NCBI GenBank assembly: GCA_965203905.1
Contig: CBDBDQ010000005.1
Coordinates: 2,976,001 to 3,040,000, forward strand
Direction: 5' to 3'
DNA length: 64,000 nt
Origin: Spirochaetia bacterium
GTDB lineage: Bacteria; Spirochaetota; Spirochaetia; SZUA-6; Bin103
The notes under the pieces were generated by a model. The model was not told the DNA's origin. It was given only the letters and a program-made list of their open reading frames with translations, and searched no databases. Positions within the stretch are counted from its first letter, which is position 1; each line of letters opens with the position of its first letter. Shown one piece after another: positions 19,563 through 28,652 of the stretch. A program made the position numbers and the translations under genes.

Positions 19563-20683
19563 GGATCACGTCGGGGCCGAGAGGCCAGGGCTGCGAGATC
19601 AACTTGCGCCTGATCGAAGAACCCGGCTGGCCATGCGGTAAGCTGGCCCGTTCGCTGCAGCTCAATCGATTGATGAATAGGTTCGTCGTCTTGGGCCCGG
19701 AAGAAGTGGATCACAACCTTCTCCGGGAGAATCGCCGCGCTGCCGTCGGCGACCGCTACCCGTATGCCGTTCAGTACGTGATCACTGTGAGTCTCAAGAA
19801 AGACCTGTACACCATCCGCCGCAACCCGCGCCAGAAAGCCACCGATCTCTGACTGGCCGGCTGGATGCAAATGGGCTTCCGGATTCTCCACGAGGAGCAG
19901 TCCGCCGACTGTGGCGCGCAGAGCTGCGACGACAACTGGCAATGCATATGAAATGCCGAAGCCTGCGTTAGGCGCCCGTGTCCACTCAGTTCGAAGCCCT
20001 GGAGTCTTGAAACGAAGACGGGTAACCGAGGTGTTTGGAAACCATTCGGCATCAATCTGGGTAGGACGGACGATTCTGCTCATCCAACTTTCGGTCTGAT
20101 GTAGCAGACTCGAGATCTGGGTGTCGGTCGAGGAACTCTCCAGCCGACCGGCGCTAACTCGCGACCGATCGAATGACGCCAGAACCTGCGCTACGAACTC
20201 GCCGCGTGAGCCGACGTCGAGTTCCGTCGCGCTGGCCGCGCTGGCACTAAGCACGTCGCGTGGCCCCAGACGCTCTGCGGACAGATAGCAAAACTGCGGA
20301 GCAGGACCGGCGAGCGCTCCAGAGTAGCCGTCGGGCCTGTCAACCACAGTCGCGTTCAGTGTCCGCGTGTCATTAGCACTCGTCGCACGAAACGACCAGC
20401 GGCGATGTTTACCCTGAGTATCGACGACTTCGACGGTAGCCAGATCCTCGCTAGCCTCATGATGAATGACGTCCTCAGGCCCACCCAGCTCCAGCGTGTC
20501 GACACCGTTCAGCTCGACGTGGCCTCTTCCAGGTTGCGTAGCAATCTGCCGGGCTAGCAAGAGCGCGTGCAGGACGGAAGTCTTGCCAGCACCGTTGGCT
20601 CCCGTCAGCACTGTAAGATTCTCGGTTCTCAAGATCAAGTCGAAAAACCGCTTGAAATTCTGTAGACGGATCTCGGCAATCAT
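19559..20683 (-). CDS. nsnB: ABC/AAA_21-type ATPase with C-terminal DUF3696 (Menshen NsnB-like)
   Basis: LQNFKRF, Walker A GANGAGKT, YLSAERLGPR, GFGISYALP, LLVENPEAHLHPAGQ, ETHSDH, WPAGFFDQ; ATGA overlap with upstream gene. Confidence 0.88.
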   Translation of the reverse strand: MIAEIRLQNFKRFFDLILRTENLTVLTGANGAGKTSVLHALLLARQIATQPGRGHVELNGVDTLELGGPEDVIHHEASEDLATVEVVDTQGKHRRWSFRATSANDTRTLNATVVDRPDGYSGALAGPAPQFCYLSAERLGPRDVLSASAASATELDVGSRGEFVAQVLASFDRSRVSAGRLESSSTDTQISSLLHQTESWMSRIVRPTQIDAEWFPNTSVTRLRFKTPGLRTEWTRAPNAGFGISYALPVVVAALRATVGGLLLVENPEAHLHPAGQSEIGGFLARVAADGVQVFLETHSDHVLNGIRVAVADGSAAILPEKVVIHFFRAQDDEPIHQSIELQRTGQLTAWPAGFFDQAQVDLAALASRPRRDP

Positions 20684-21837
20684 AGAAGTGTACACTCGGC
20701 CAATGAACGAACCTTATCTAGACGGATTCGCACATTTCGGACAGTACCTGTGCTACCACTGATCGAATCGATGAATTCGGAATCATCCGTCATCATATCG
20801 CGTGCCCTGGTCGCCAGCTCCTTAGATGCATTACTTACTACGGTCTCCTCGTGGTCGGCCAGAACGGTGGCCCAGCTTTCGAACAACGCGCGGTTTATCG
20901 GGCTTTTTCGAGTCTGCTCCCATTGCCACTTGCGGAAAGCGTACTCGCCGAACACAGAGTAGCAGTTGGTCATGCCACGAACGAAATCGGTACGGATATC
21001 GTCAAGATCATGACGTGCGGGATCGTCGATGCGATCGGTCACGAAACCCAGGAACTCGTCGAAGCTGCCATGCTGAGCGTACTCGTCCGGGGAAAACAAT
21101 CGGAATGCGACGAAGCGCAGCGCCACCTCTCGGTCTGCCATCCTCGGATGGTTGTTAAGAGCCTGTCCGGTAGCAGTAACGAAGCTCGGTTCGCTTACCA
21201 ACCTCTTCAGGAATTCGCGGGATCGAAGCTTGCTCATGCAGTGGCGGATTTCCTGAGCGCTCAACGGAGTTCCGCCAGTGTTGATCCTACGGAAAATGTC
21301 GAACTTCACCCGGTATGGAGTCTGTGGGTCGATGACGTGGGCGACGAACTGTGAACCATTCAAACGGCGGCGAAACAGTGTCGCCAGATCGTCGAATCCC
21401 TGACCCCTCAGTTCGTGGAGGTAGGTCACGTCACCTAGCTTGACGGTTGGGTCGGTCACGTACCGGAAAATCGTCGTTAGCCGCTGGACGCCATCGACGA
21501 CCTGGAGTCGACCGGTACTGTCTTCGTTGAAGTAGAACGATGGCAGAGGGATCCCCAGCAGGAGTGACTCGATCAACCCGGAACGTTGCCAAGCCTTCCA
21601 CACATAGTGCCGCTGGAAATCGGGGGCGAGGTCGATGTCGCCCTCATCAATCATGTCCACTACTTGGCGTAGCGAGTAGTGCTTCGTGTGGATTCGAATT
21701 TTCTCTGGGTCCCAGGGCTCAGGCTCCTCGGGCGGTGACGGTTCTTCGACTTCGAGTTCAACGCCCGTTGCGTGGCTCTCGAAGTACTCCTCGCGAATCT
21801 CGACTTCAGTCGGTGATGGGTTGTCGGTGGTCGGCAT
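20680..21837 (-). CDS. nsnA: DUF262 (ParB-like / GmrSD N-terminal) protein (Menshen NsnA-like)
   Basis: PDFQR.YVW, LIESLLLGIPLP, VDGVQRLTT, IFRRINTGG.PLSAQEIR. Confidence 0.9.
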   Translation of the reverse strand: MPTTDNPSPTEVEIREEYFESHATGVELEVEEPSPPEEPEPWDPEKIRIHTKHYSLRQVVDMIDEGDIDLAPDFQRHYVWKAWQRSGLIESLLLGIPLPSFYFNEDSTGRLQVVDGVQRLTTIFRYVTDPTVKLGDVTYLHELRGQGFDDLATLFRRRLNGSQFVAHVIDPQTPYRVKFDIFRRINTGGTPLSAQEIRHCMSKLRSREFLKRLVSEPSFVTATGQALNNHPRMADREVALRFVAFRLFSPDEYAQHGSFDEFLGFVTDRIDDPARHDLDDIRTDFVRGMTNCYSVFGEYAFRKWQWEQTRKSPINRALFESWATVLADHEETVVSNASKELATRARDMMTDDSEFIDSISGSTGTVRNVRIRLDKVRSLAECTLL

Positions 21838-22059
21838 GGACTATCTCTATCTCTGCGGGGTCGGTGTGTTCCGCTCTGTGCGGATTCGTGATGGCGTCGC
21901 CTCTAGTCGAGATGCCTCGTCGGGCGCTCTGCTGAGATGCGGCTCGCGACCGTTGATCACCTCGCCAACCCAAGCTAACCCGGATGCTATCCGAGTGTCG
22001 AACGACCGCCACCACCGCCTTACACGATAGTACATTGCAACCCCCTGTCTCGCATCTGC

Positions 22060-22224
22060 AATCGCGTCGCGGATCCTCGCTCTTGGGCACCATCCGCATC
22101 TCGTACAGGCTGGCACGGACGATCAGGCCGGTACCGCGGCCGACCGTCCAGCGTCGGCCGCCGCGAGTTACTGGAGGTAGACGCCCGCCCCGCTCTCGTG
22201 AGTCTGATCGCCGTTTCCCGGCAT
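22060..22224 (-). pseudogene. Second, more decayed 5' remnant of the 15224..16614 gene
   Basis: MPGNGDQTHESGAGVYLQ* then shifted GRWTVGRGTGLIVRASLYEM, matching the copy-1 N-terminus. Confidence 0.6.
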
Positions 22225-23231
22225 GCGGGCGACTTTGGGCGGGTCAGGCCGCGGAGACGACGCGCCGAATGGCGGCTATGTGCTCGGGGCCGGAAGCGCA
22301 GCAGCCGCCGACGATCTGCGCCCCCGCGGCGAGCCAGTCGGCTGCGAACCCGGCGATGCGCGACGGGTTGTAGTCCGCCGCCTGGATGATGTCCGGTCCG
22401 GTGCTGGGCCGCCGGTTGCCGAGTATGGGGCGGTCGAAGACCGGCCCGGTAGGGTTGTAGCCGAGGTTGGCGTAGGCGCCGATGACACCGCCGTACGCCG
22501 CGCGCAGCAGTGGCAGGCCGGCGGAAATCGCCTCCGGATTGCTGCACATCAGCAGGATGCCGGCAACCGGTCGCGCATCCAACGCCGCCACCAGGTCGGC
22601 GAACGACTCCCCGTACTCCATGCTGCCGTCGGCGTTTATGTGGCGTATCCCGATGAACACCGGCAGGCCGGTGCCGGCCGCGGCGTCGTACGCGGCCACG
22701 CACTCGTCGACGTAGGCCAGGAATTCACACCAGATGCAGTCCACGCCGCACTGTGCCAGGAGCCGTGCATGGGCGGCCATCTCCTCCTGAAACGCGTCCT
22801 TGCCGAGGCGCTCGACGTCGGAGGCCAAGTCTCCGGTGTCGCGGTCCTGCAGCGCCGGAGGGGCGATGCCGCCGGCCAGGTAAGCCGTTGCGTCGGGTCG
22901 CTCGCGGGCGGCCGCCTCGCGCGCCCGCAGCGCGATTTCCACGGCGGCGGCTGCATGTTCCCGCCACCGGTCCTGCATCCCTACCGTCGCCAGACGCGTC
23001 GGACTGGTCCAGAAATTGTTGCTGGTGATGATGTCGGCGCCCACCCGCAGGTAATCCTGATGCACCTGCTGCACCACATCCGCGTGGCTGAGGTTGGCCA
23101 GCGCCGACCACGCCTTCAGTTCCTTGTTGACTTGCTGCAGCACGTCGACGCCGCGGCGCTGCAACTCCGAGCCGGTGCCCCCGTCCAGAACCAGCCGCTC
23201 GCCCGCCCCCAACCGTTCGACGATGGTCATT
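22098..23231. repeat. Direct repeat copy 2
   Basis: Aligns with 16475..17620; similarity stops just upstream of the HMT start codon. Confidence 0.92.
22244..23230 (-). CDS. Homocysteine S-methyltransferase family protein, copy 2 (328 aa)
   Basis: Same length and motifs as copy 1; about 40 amino-acid differences by manual count. Confidence 0.9.
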   Translation of the reverse strand: MTIVERLGAGERLVLDGGTGSELQRRGVDVLQQVNKELKAWSALANLSHADVVQQVHQDYLRVGADIITSNNFWTSPTRLATVGMQDRWREHAAAAVEIALRAREAAARERPDATAYLAGGIAPPALQDRDTGDLASDVERLGKDAFQEEMAAHARLLAQCGVDCIWCEFLAYVDECVAAYDAAAGTGLPVFIGIRHINADGSMEYGESFADLVAALDARPVAGILLMCSNPEAISAGLPLLRAAYGGVIGAYANLGYNPTGPVFDRPILGNRRPSTGPDIIQAADYNPSRIAGFAADWLAAGAQIVGGCCASGPEHIAAIRRVVSAA

Positions 23232-23687
23232 GCCCGTCCCCGCGCCGCGTAGTGCCGCGCTGCTTCCTGAGTCCGCGCGCCCGGCCGGCACATCTCAGCG
23301 GCGTCGCGGTACGCGCGCCTGCCGCGCCGGCGATCCAGTAGGTCGTGGCCGCGCGGTCAGCCGGCCCCACCGCGGTGCGTTCCAGCAGGGCGAGAACGGC
23401 GCGTCCGGTACAATCGTCCAAGCCATCGCGGATCCTCGCACGCCGAGTCGCGGGTGAGTGTGGCTCGCACGACCGTCTCGGCGTTTCCGGCATTCCGTAG
23501 GCCTCCCCGTCACGACGGCGGAATCTCCCACTCACACGAGACACAATACAGGAACTGTCCCGGCGCGGTCAGCACCGGGGCGCCTGCCCGGGCCGCCCGG
23601 GTCGCGAGGCTGACACGGCGCGGGGCACGTGGCACGATGAGTCGCTGCGGAGACGCCGGGGCTGTTCGGCGGAGGAGAGGATGCAGA

Positions 23688-24686
23688 ATGCAACAGCAAG
23701 CGAAACGGGACCGGCTGTACCTGGAGCAGGACGCCGATCTCGCACCCCTGCGGGGCAAGCTGATCGCCTCGCTCGGGTACGGTAGCCAGGGACATGCACA
23801 GGCGCAGAACCTGCGCGACTCGGGGCTCCAGGTGATCGTCGGCAACGTCGACGACCGCTACGCCGAGGCGGCTCGCGGCGACGGTTTCGAGGTGGTGGGG
23901 ATCGCCGCTGCGGTGCAGCGCGCCGACGTGCTGCTGGTGCTGGTGCCGGACGAGGTGCAGCAGGAGGTGTATCGGACTGAGATCGAGCCGCACCTGCGCG
24001 CCGGCCAGGTGCTCGACTTCGCCAGCGGCTACGCGGTGCACTTCGGGCTGATCCAGCCGCCTCCCTTCGTCGACGTGGTGCTGTGCGTCCCGGCCTGCCT
24101 GGGCGAGATCGCGCGCCGCCGCTTCGTGGAGGGCAAGGGCACCTACGGCTCGTTCGGCGTGCATCAGGACGCATCCGGCACGGCGCGGGACATCGCGCTG
24201 GCGCTGGCGCTGGGGACGGGCTGGCTGCGCTTCGGCAGCGTCGAGTGCAGCTTCGCCGACGAGGTGGCGGTCAACCTGTTCGCCGAGACGGCGGGCCTCA
24301 GCGCGGTGGCGACGCTGCTGCTCACCGCCTATGAGGTGCTGGTGGAGGCGGGCTTCTCGGCCGAGAAGGCCTACTCCGAGACCTTCTACGAGCTGCAGTT
24401 CGTGGCCGAATCCCTCACCCAGGGGCGCCTCGGCGACACTTCGGGATCGCCAACCGCGGTGTACCTCGGACTCACCCAGACCGGGAAGGTGATCGACGGC
24501 GAGGTGCGCAACAGCATGCGCAAGATGCTGCGCCGGGTGCAGAGCGGGGAGCTGGTGCGCGAGTGGAACCTGGAGCAGATGGCAGGCCGCCCGGTGCTGA
24601 CGCAGCTCAAACGGGAACTCGCGGAGCACGACATCAGGCACGTCGAGGAGCTGTTCCTGGAGCGCAAGCGGGCCACGGGCTGGTGA
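23688..24686 (+). CDS. Ketol-acid reductoisomerase (IlvC)-like oxidoreductase with non-canonical active site
   Basis: DADL..L.GK, GYGSQGHAQAQNLRDSG, LVPDE, LVEAG...AY.E...EL; GGAGGAG SD. Confidence 0.85.
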   Translation: MQQQAKRDRLYLEQDADLAPLRGKLIASLGYGSQGHAQAQNLRDSGLQVIVGNVDDRYAEAARGDGFEVVGIAAAVQRADVLLVLVPDEVQQEVYRTEIEPHLRAGQVLDFASGYAVHFGLIQPPPFVDVVLCVPACLGEIARRRFVEGKGTYGSFGVHQDASGTARDIALALALGTGWLRFGSVECSFADEVAVNLFAETAGLSAVATLLLTAYEVLVEAGFSAEKAYSETFYELQFVAESLTQGRLGDTSGSPTAVYLGLTQTGKVIDGEVRNSMRKMLRRVQSGELVREWNLEQMAGRPVLTQLKRELAEHDIRHVEELFLERKRATGW

Positions 24687-25684
24687 GTGTGAGCAACGAC
24701 GCCCTGCCGGTCGTCGGCCGCGGCGCCTTCCGCTATCGCCCCGATCCCGACTGGGGCCCGCTGCCGGTGGGGTGGAGCTACGTCGAGGTGGCTGGGGTCG
24801 CTACCGATTCGGCCGACAACGTCTACGTATTCAACCGCGGCGCGCACCCGGTGATCGTGTTCGACCGGGCGGGCCGGTTCCTGCGCTCGTGGGGCGAAGC
24901 CACCATCGTCCGGGCGCACGGCATCTACATCACGGCCGATGACCGGCTGTTCCTGACCGACGACCAGGACCACACCGTGACCGAGTACACCCTGCACGGA
25001 GAACGGGTGATGACCTTGGGCACCAGCGGCCGGCCCAGCGACACCGGAGTGGTCGGCATCGACTACCGTACCATCGAGCGGGCGGCGGGACCGTTCAACC
25101 TGCCCACCAACCTGGTGGCGGCCGGCGAGAGCCTCTACGTCACCGACGGCTACGGCAACGCGCGGGTGCACGTGTTCTCGGCGCGCGGCGAGCACCGGTT
25201 CTCCTGGGGCGGCCCGGGTGGCGGTACCGGCGAGTTCAACCTTCCGCACGGCCTGGACGTGGACCCTGAGGGCCGCGTCTACGTGGCGGACCGGGAGAAC
25301 AGCCGCATCCAGGTGTTCGCGCCGGACGGCACGTTCCTCGATCAGTGGCAGGACGTGGTGCGACCCACCGACCTGTTCATCCGCGCAGACGGCACCGTGT
25401 TCGTGGCCGAGGAGGGGGCCCGCTGCGGCCTGTTCCCGTGGATGCGCGCGGAACCGGATGCGGTCGGCGGCCGGCTCAGCATCTTCGCTCCGGACGGCGA
25501 GCTGCTGGCGCGCTGGGGCGGCGGCCTGGATCCCTGTGCGCCGGCGGACTTCTTTGCCCCGCACAGCGTGTGGCTGGACTCGCGGGGCGCGATCTACGTC
25601 GGCGAGGTGAACTGGTCGGCGGGCGGCAACGAGGGCATGATACCCCCGGACTGCCCGTGTCTGCGCCGCTACGTGCCGGTGTAG
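24683..25684 (+). CDS. Peptidyl-alpha-hydroxyglycine alpha-amidating lyase (PAL)-like NHL-repeat protein
   Basis: NHL repeats; AHG, DGYGNAR, LPHG, ADRENSRIQ, APHS motifs; GTGA overlap. Confidence 0.85.
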   Translation: MSVSNDALPVVGRGAFRYRPDPDWGPLPVGWSYVEVAGVATDSADNVYVFNRGAHPVIVFDRAGRFLRSWGEATIVRAHGIYITADDRLFLTDDQDHTVTEYTLHGERVMTLGTSGRPSDTGVVGIDYRTIERAAGPFNLPTNLVAAGESLYVTDGYGNARVHVFSARGEHRFSWGGPGGGTGEFNLPHGLDVDPEGRVYVADRENSRIQVFAPDGTFLDQWQDVVRPTDLFIRADGTVFVAEEGARCGLFPWMRAEPDAVGGRLSIFAPDGELLARWGGGLDPCAPADFFAPHSVWLDSRGAIYVGEVNWSAGGNEGMIPPDCPCLRRYVPV

Positions 25685-25707
25685 CCGCCGGCGGTCGAGG
25701 AGGAACC

Positions 25708-26088
25708 ATGCGCGAGATTCTCGGTGAGGCGCCGGGCAAGCCCTACAGCAGGGGCACCCGTTGCGGCAACCTGGTGTTCGTCTCCGGCCAGTTGGGCTGG
25801 GACGCGAACGACGACCCGGTACCCGGCGGCGCCGGTCCCCAGACCCGGCAGTGCCTGGAGTACGTGAAGGAGGTGTTGGCCCTGGCCGGCGCGTCGCTCG
25901 ACGACGTGACCATGGTGAACGTCTACCTGCACGACCTGGACCGCGACTACGATGCGATGAACGCGGTCTACCGCGAGTACTTCGGCACCGAGCGGCTGCC
26001 TGCACGCGCCACCGTCGGCGTGTCGCGCCTGGCCAAGGGGCTGCTGGTGGAGATTTCCTGCATCGCGGTCCTCGGTTTACCGGCGTAG
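25708..26088 (+). CDS. ridA: RidA/YjgF family imine deaminase
   Basis: PYS, VFVSGQ, MNAVYREYF, PARATV with catalytic Arg, LVEI; GAGGAGG SD. Confidence 0.9.
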   Translation: MREILGEAPGKPYSRGTRCGNLVFVSGQLGWDANDDPVPGGAGPQTRQCLEYVKEVLALAGASLDDVTMVNVYLHDLDRDYDAMNAVYREYFGTERLPARATVGVSRLAKGLLVEISCIAVLGLPA

Positions 26089-26128
26089 TCGAGGCTCAGC
26101 GGCGACCCGGCACAGCGCAGTCAACCTC

Positions 26129-26567
26129 ATGTCCAAGTGCACGATTCCTGGAGATGCCGAACGATGGCACCCGCCGGCACAAGTTGCGGCTCGGTAGTCT
26201 CTGGATCGCCCTGGAGCCGGTAGACCTGGGCAACGGGTGCCTGCACGTGGTCCCGGGCAGTCACAACGGGGAGGTCATTGAGCACCTGCAATACGCCGAT
26301 GGGGTCCACCCGGAGATACCGCGCGAGCTGGCCGAGGACGCACCTGCCGTTGCGGTGCCCCTGAATCCTGGCGACGCAGTGTTCTGGCATCCCAGGCTGT
26401 GGCACATGAGCCCGCCGAATCCGTCCGCACGGACTCGCTGGGGCGGTGTGATCGTGACCCTGCCCGACGAGGTGGCCGCGGCAGCCCGGCTGACGGACCG
26501 GCCGTTTCTGCTCAGGGACGGACAGGTGTGCGACCATCCACGGCGTGGGCGGGTGCTCGCGTTTTGA
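26129..26567 (+). pseudogene. C-terminal half of a PhyH-family Fe/2OG dioxygenase
   Basis: WIALE.V...NGCL.VVPGSH and PGDAVFWH..LWH.S..N....R present; N-terminal HxD half and a proper start missing. Confidence 0.75.
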
Positions 26568-26623
26568 CGATGACGGAGGTTCCGGCGAGAATGGCCGCGA
26601 AACCCTGAATCCGGAGGAACCAG

Positions 26624-28630
26624 ATGAAGGCCCATCCCATCATGATTACCGGTTTACTGCTGTTTGCAGCGGGGGCGGCTTTCGCCGCGGGTGCGGAAGA
26701 GAGCGCCGCCGGACAGACCCCGGCCGGGATGGAGACCGGCGAGCTGATCGTCTACAACACGCCGGCGGACTACCAGGCCGCGACCGGACAGCAGCTCTCC
26801 GCCTTCAACGAGGCGCCGGCGCTGGCGGCCATGGTGGCGGCCGGCTCGCTGCCCCCGGTAGCGGAGCGCCTGCCTGACGAACCGATGGTGATCCAGCCGC
26901 TGGAGCGCATCGGCTCCTACGGAGGCATCTTCCAGACCGGCACCATCGGTCCGGAGATCGGCGGCTTTCCCGCCGAATCGCTACGCTGGGAGAACATCAT
27001 CCAGGTGGCGTCCGACACCACCACGCTGATCCCCAACATCGTCAAGGGGTGGGAATTCAACGACGATCTGAGCGCCATCACCTTCACCCTGCGTGCCGGC
27101 ATGAGGTGGAGCGACGGCGCGCCGTTCTCCGCGGACGACTTCCTGTTCTGGTACCAGGAGGTGATCCTCAATGACGAGCTTACGCCGGCCAAGCCGCGGG
27201 TGCTGGCCCCCGGCGGCAACCTGTTCACGGTAACCAGGCTGGACGACCTAACCGTGCGCTGGGAGTTCCCGACGCCGTACCCGGCCGTGCTCAGCATCGT
27301 GGCGGCGCGCAATGCGTTCAGCGGCCCGATCTCCGGGCCCTACGCGCCGCGCCACTACCTGGAGCAGTTCCACGCCGGCTACAACGCCAACGCGGACAGC
27401 GACGCCAAGGCCGCGGGCTACGACAGTTGGAGCGCCCGCTTCGCGTTCATCCAGAACTACGAGGCCGCCCTCAACACGCCGGAGCTGCCGCTCGTACACC
27501 CCTGGACCCTGAGCGAGGTGGACGATTTCGGCAACAAGCACTACCTGCGCAACCCCTACTACTGGAAGGTGGACAGCGCCGGCGACCAGCTCCCCTACGC
27601 GGACGGCATCACCAAGCTGCTGTTCGAGAACCGCGAGGTGCTGGACCTGAAGATCGTCTCCGGGGAGATCGACATCGCCTCGCGCAACCTGCCGGTGGCC
27701 AATTACACCCTGTACAAGAACGGCGAGCAGGAGGGCGACTACCGGGTGATCCTGGGCGACGGCGTGCGCGGCTCGGCCTGCGCGGTGCAGCTCAACCAGA
27801 CGGTGATGGATCCGGTCAAGCGCGAGGTGTTCCAGAACGAGCAGTTCAAGCAGGCGATGTCGCTGGCCATCGACCGGCAGGAGATGAACGACCTGCTGTT
27901 CTTCGGCCGCGGCACGCCGCGCCAGACCACCACCATTCCCAGCACCAGCTTCTACGAGGACTGGATGGGCGAGTACTTCGCCGATTTCGACCTGGAGCGC
28001 GCCAACCGGATGCTCGACGAGATCGGCCTGGCGGAGCGGGACGGCGACGGCTACCGGCTGCTCCCGGACGGACGTACCTTCACGATCCTGGTCGAGACCG
28101 GGCCGTGGGAGAACTATCCCAAGATCGCCGAGATGATCGCCGGTTACTGGAACGAGGCCGGCATCAAGGCCACGGCCAAGACCATCGCCGCCGGCCTGGC
28201 GGGGCAGAAGGTGCGTGCCAACGAGTCGGAGGCGCAGCTCCAGGGGTTCGCCAACGTGTCCGAGCTGCAGATCCACGGCAACGCCAGCCGCTTCACGCCG
28301 CCCTGGATACGCAACGCCCGGCCGTGGGCGAACTGGATCGCCACCGGCGGCGAATCCGGCGAGGAGCCGCCGCCCGTGGTCAAGCAGATCGTGGCGACGG
28401 CGGATGCGTTCCGCGCCACGGTTCCGGGGAGCGACGAGTATATGCGCCTCGGCCGGGAGCTGCTGGACATGAACGTCAGGGGCCTGTACGCGATCGGTAC
28501 CGTGGGACTGGAGCCGATGCCGGTGGTGATCAAGAACCACGTGCGCAACGTGCCCTCCGGCGGCATCATCGCCTGGGACTACTACTTCTGGACGCCGTAC
28601 CAGGCCAGCACGTTCTTCATCGAGAAGTAG
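26624..28630 (+). CDS. ABC substrate-binding protein, family 5
   Basis: Signal peptide, EAP.LA.MV.AG.LPPV.ERLP, LRAGMRWSDGAPFSADD, RNPYYWKVD..G.QLPY; GGAGG SD. Confidence 0.93.
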   Translation: MKAHPIMITGLLLFAAGAAFAAGAEESAAGQTPAGMETGELIVYNTPADYQAATGQQLSAFNEAPALAAMVAAGSLPPVAERLPDEPMVIQPLERIGSYGGIFQTGTIGPEIGGFPAESLRWENIIQVASDTTTLIPNIVKGWEFNDDLSAITFTLRAGMRWSDGAPFSADDFLFWYQEVILNDELTPAKPRVLAPGGNLFTVTRLDDLTVRWEFPTPYPAVLSIVAARNAFSGPISGPYAPRHYLEQFHAGYNANADSDAKAAGYDSWSARFAFIQNYEAALNTPELPLVHPWTLSEVDDFGNKHYLRNPYYWKVDSAGDQLPYADGITKLLFENREVLDLKIVSGEIDIASRNLPVANYTLYKNGEQEGDYRVILGDGVRGSACAVQLNQTVMDPVKREVFQNEQFKQAMSLAIDRQEMNDLLFFGRGTPRQTTTIPSTSFYEDWMGEYFADFDLERANRMLDEIGLAERDGDGYRLLPDGRTFTILVETGPWENYPKIAEMIAGYWNEAGIKATAKTIAAGLAGQKVRANESEAQLQGFANVSELQIHGNASRFTPPWIRNARPWANWIATGGESGEEPPPVVKQIVATADAFRATVPGSDEYMRLGRELLDMNVRGLYAIGTVGLEPMPVVIKNHVRNVPSGGIIAWDYYFWTPYQASTFFIEK

Positions 28631-28652
28631 CCCTCACACGGCGGACGGCCGC

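Noticed and set aside
20680-21837. GmrSD type IV restriction or Dazbog assignment
   Set aside because: No DUF1524/HNH domain, and the coupled DUF3696 ATPase plus third gene fit the Menshen architecture
23232-23687. Possible regulator gene remnant in the divergent intergenic region
   Set aside because: Short peptide patches only faintly resemble a LacI C-terminus; not supportable
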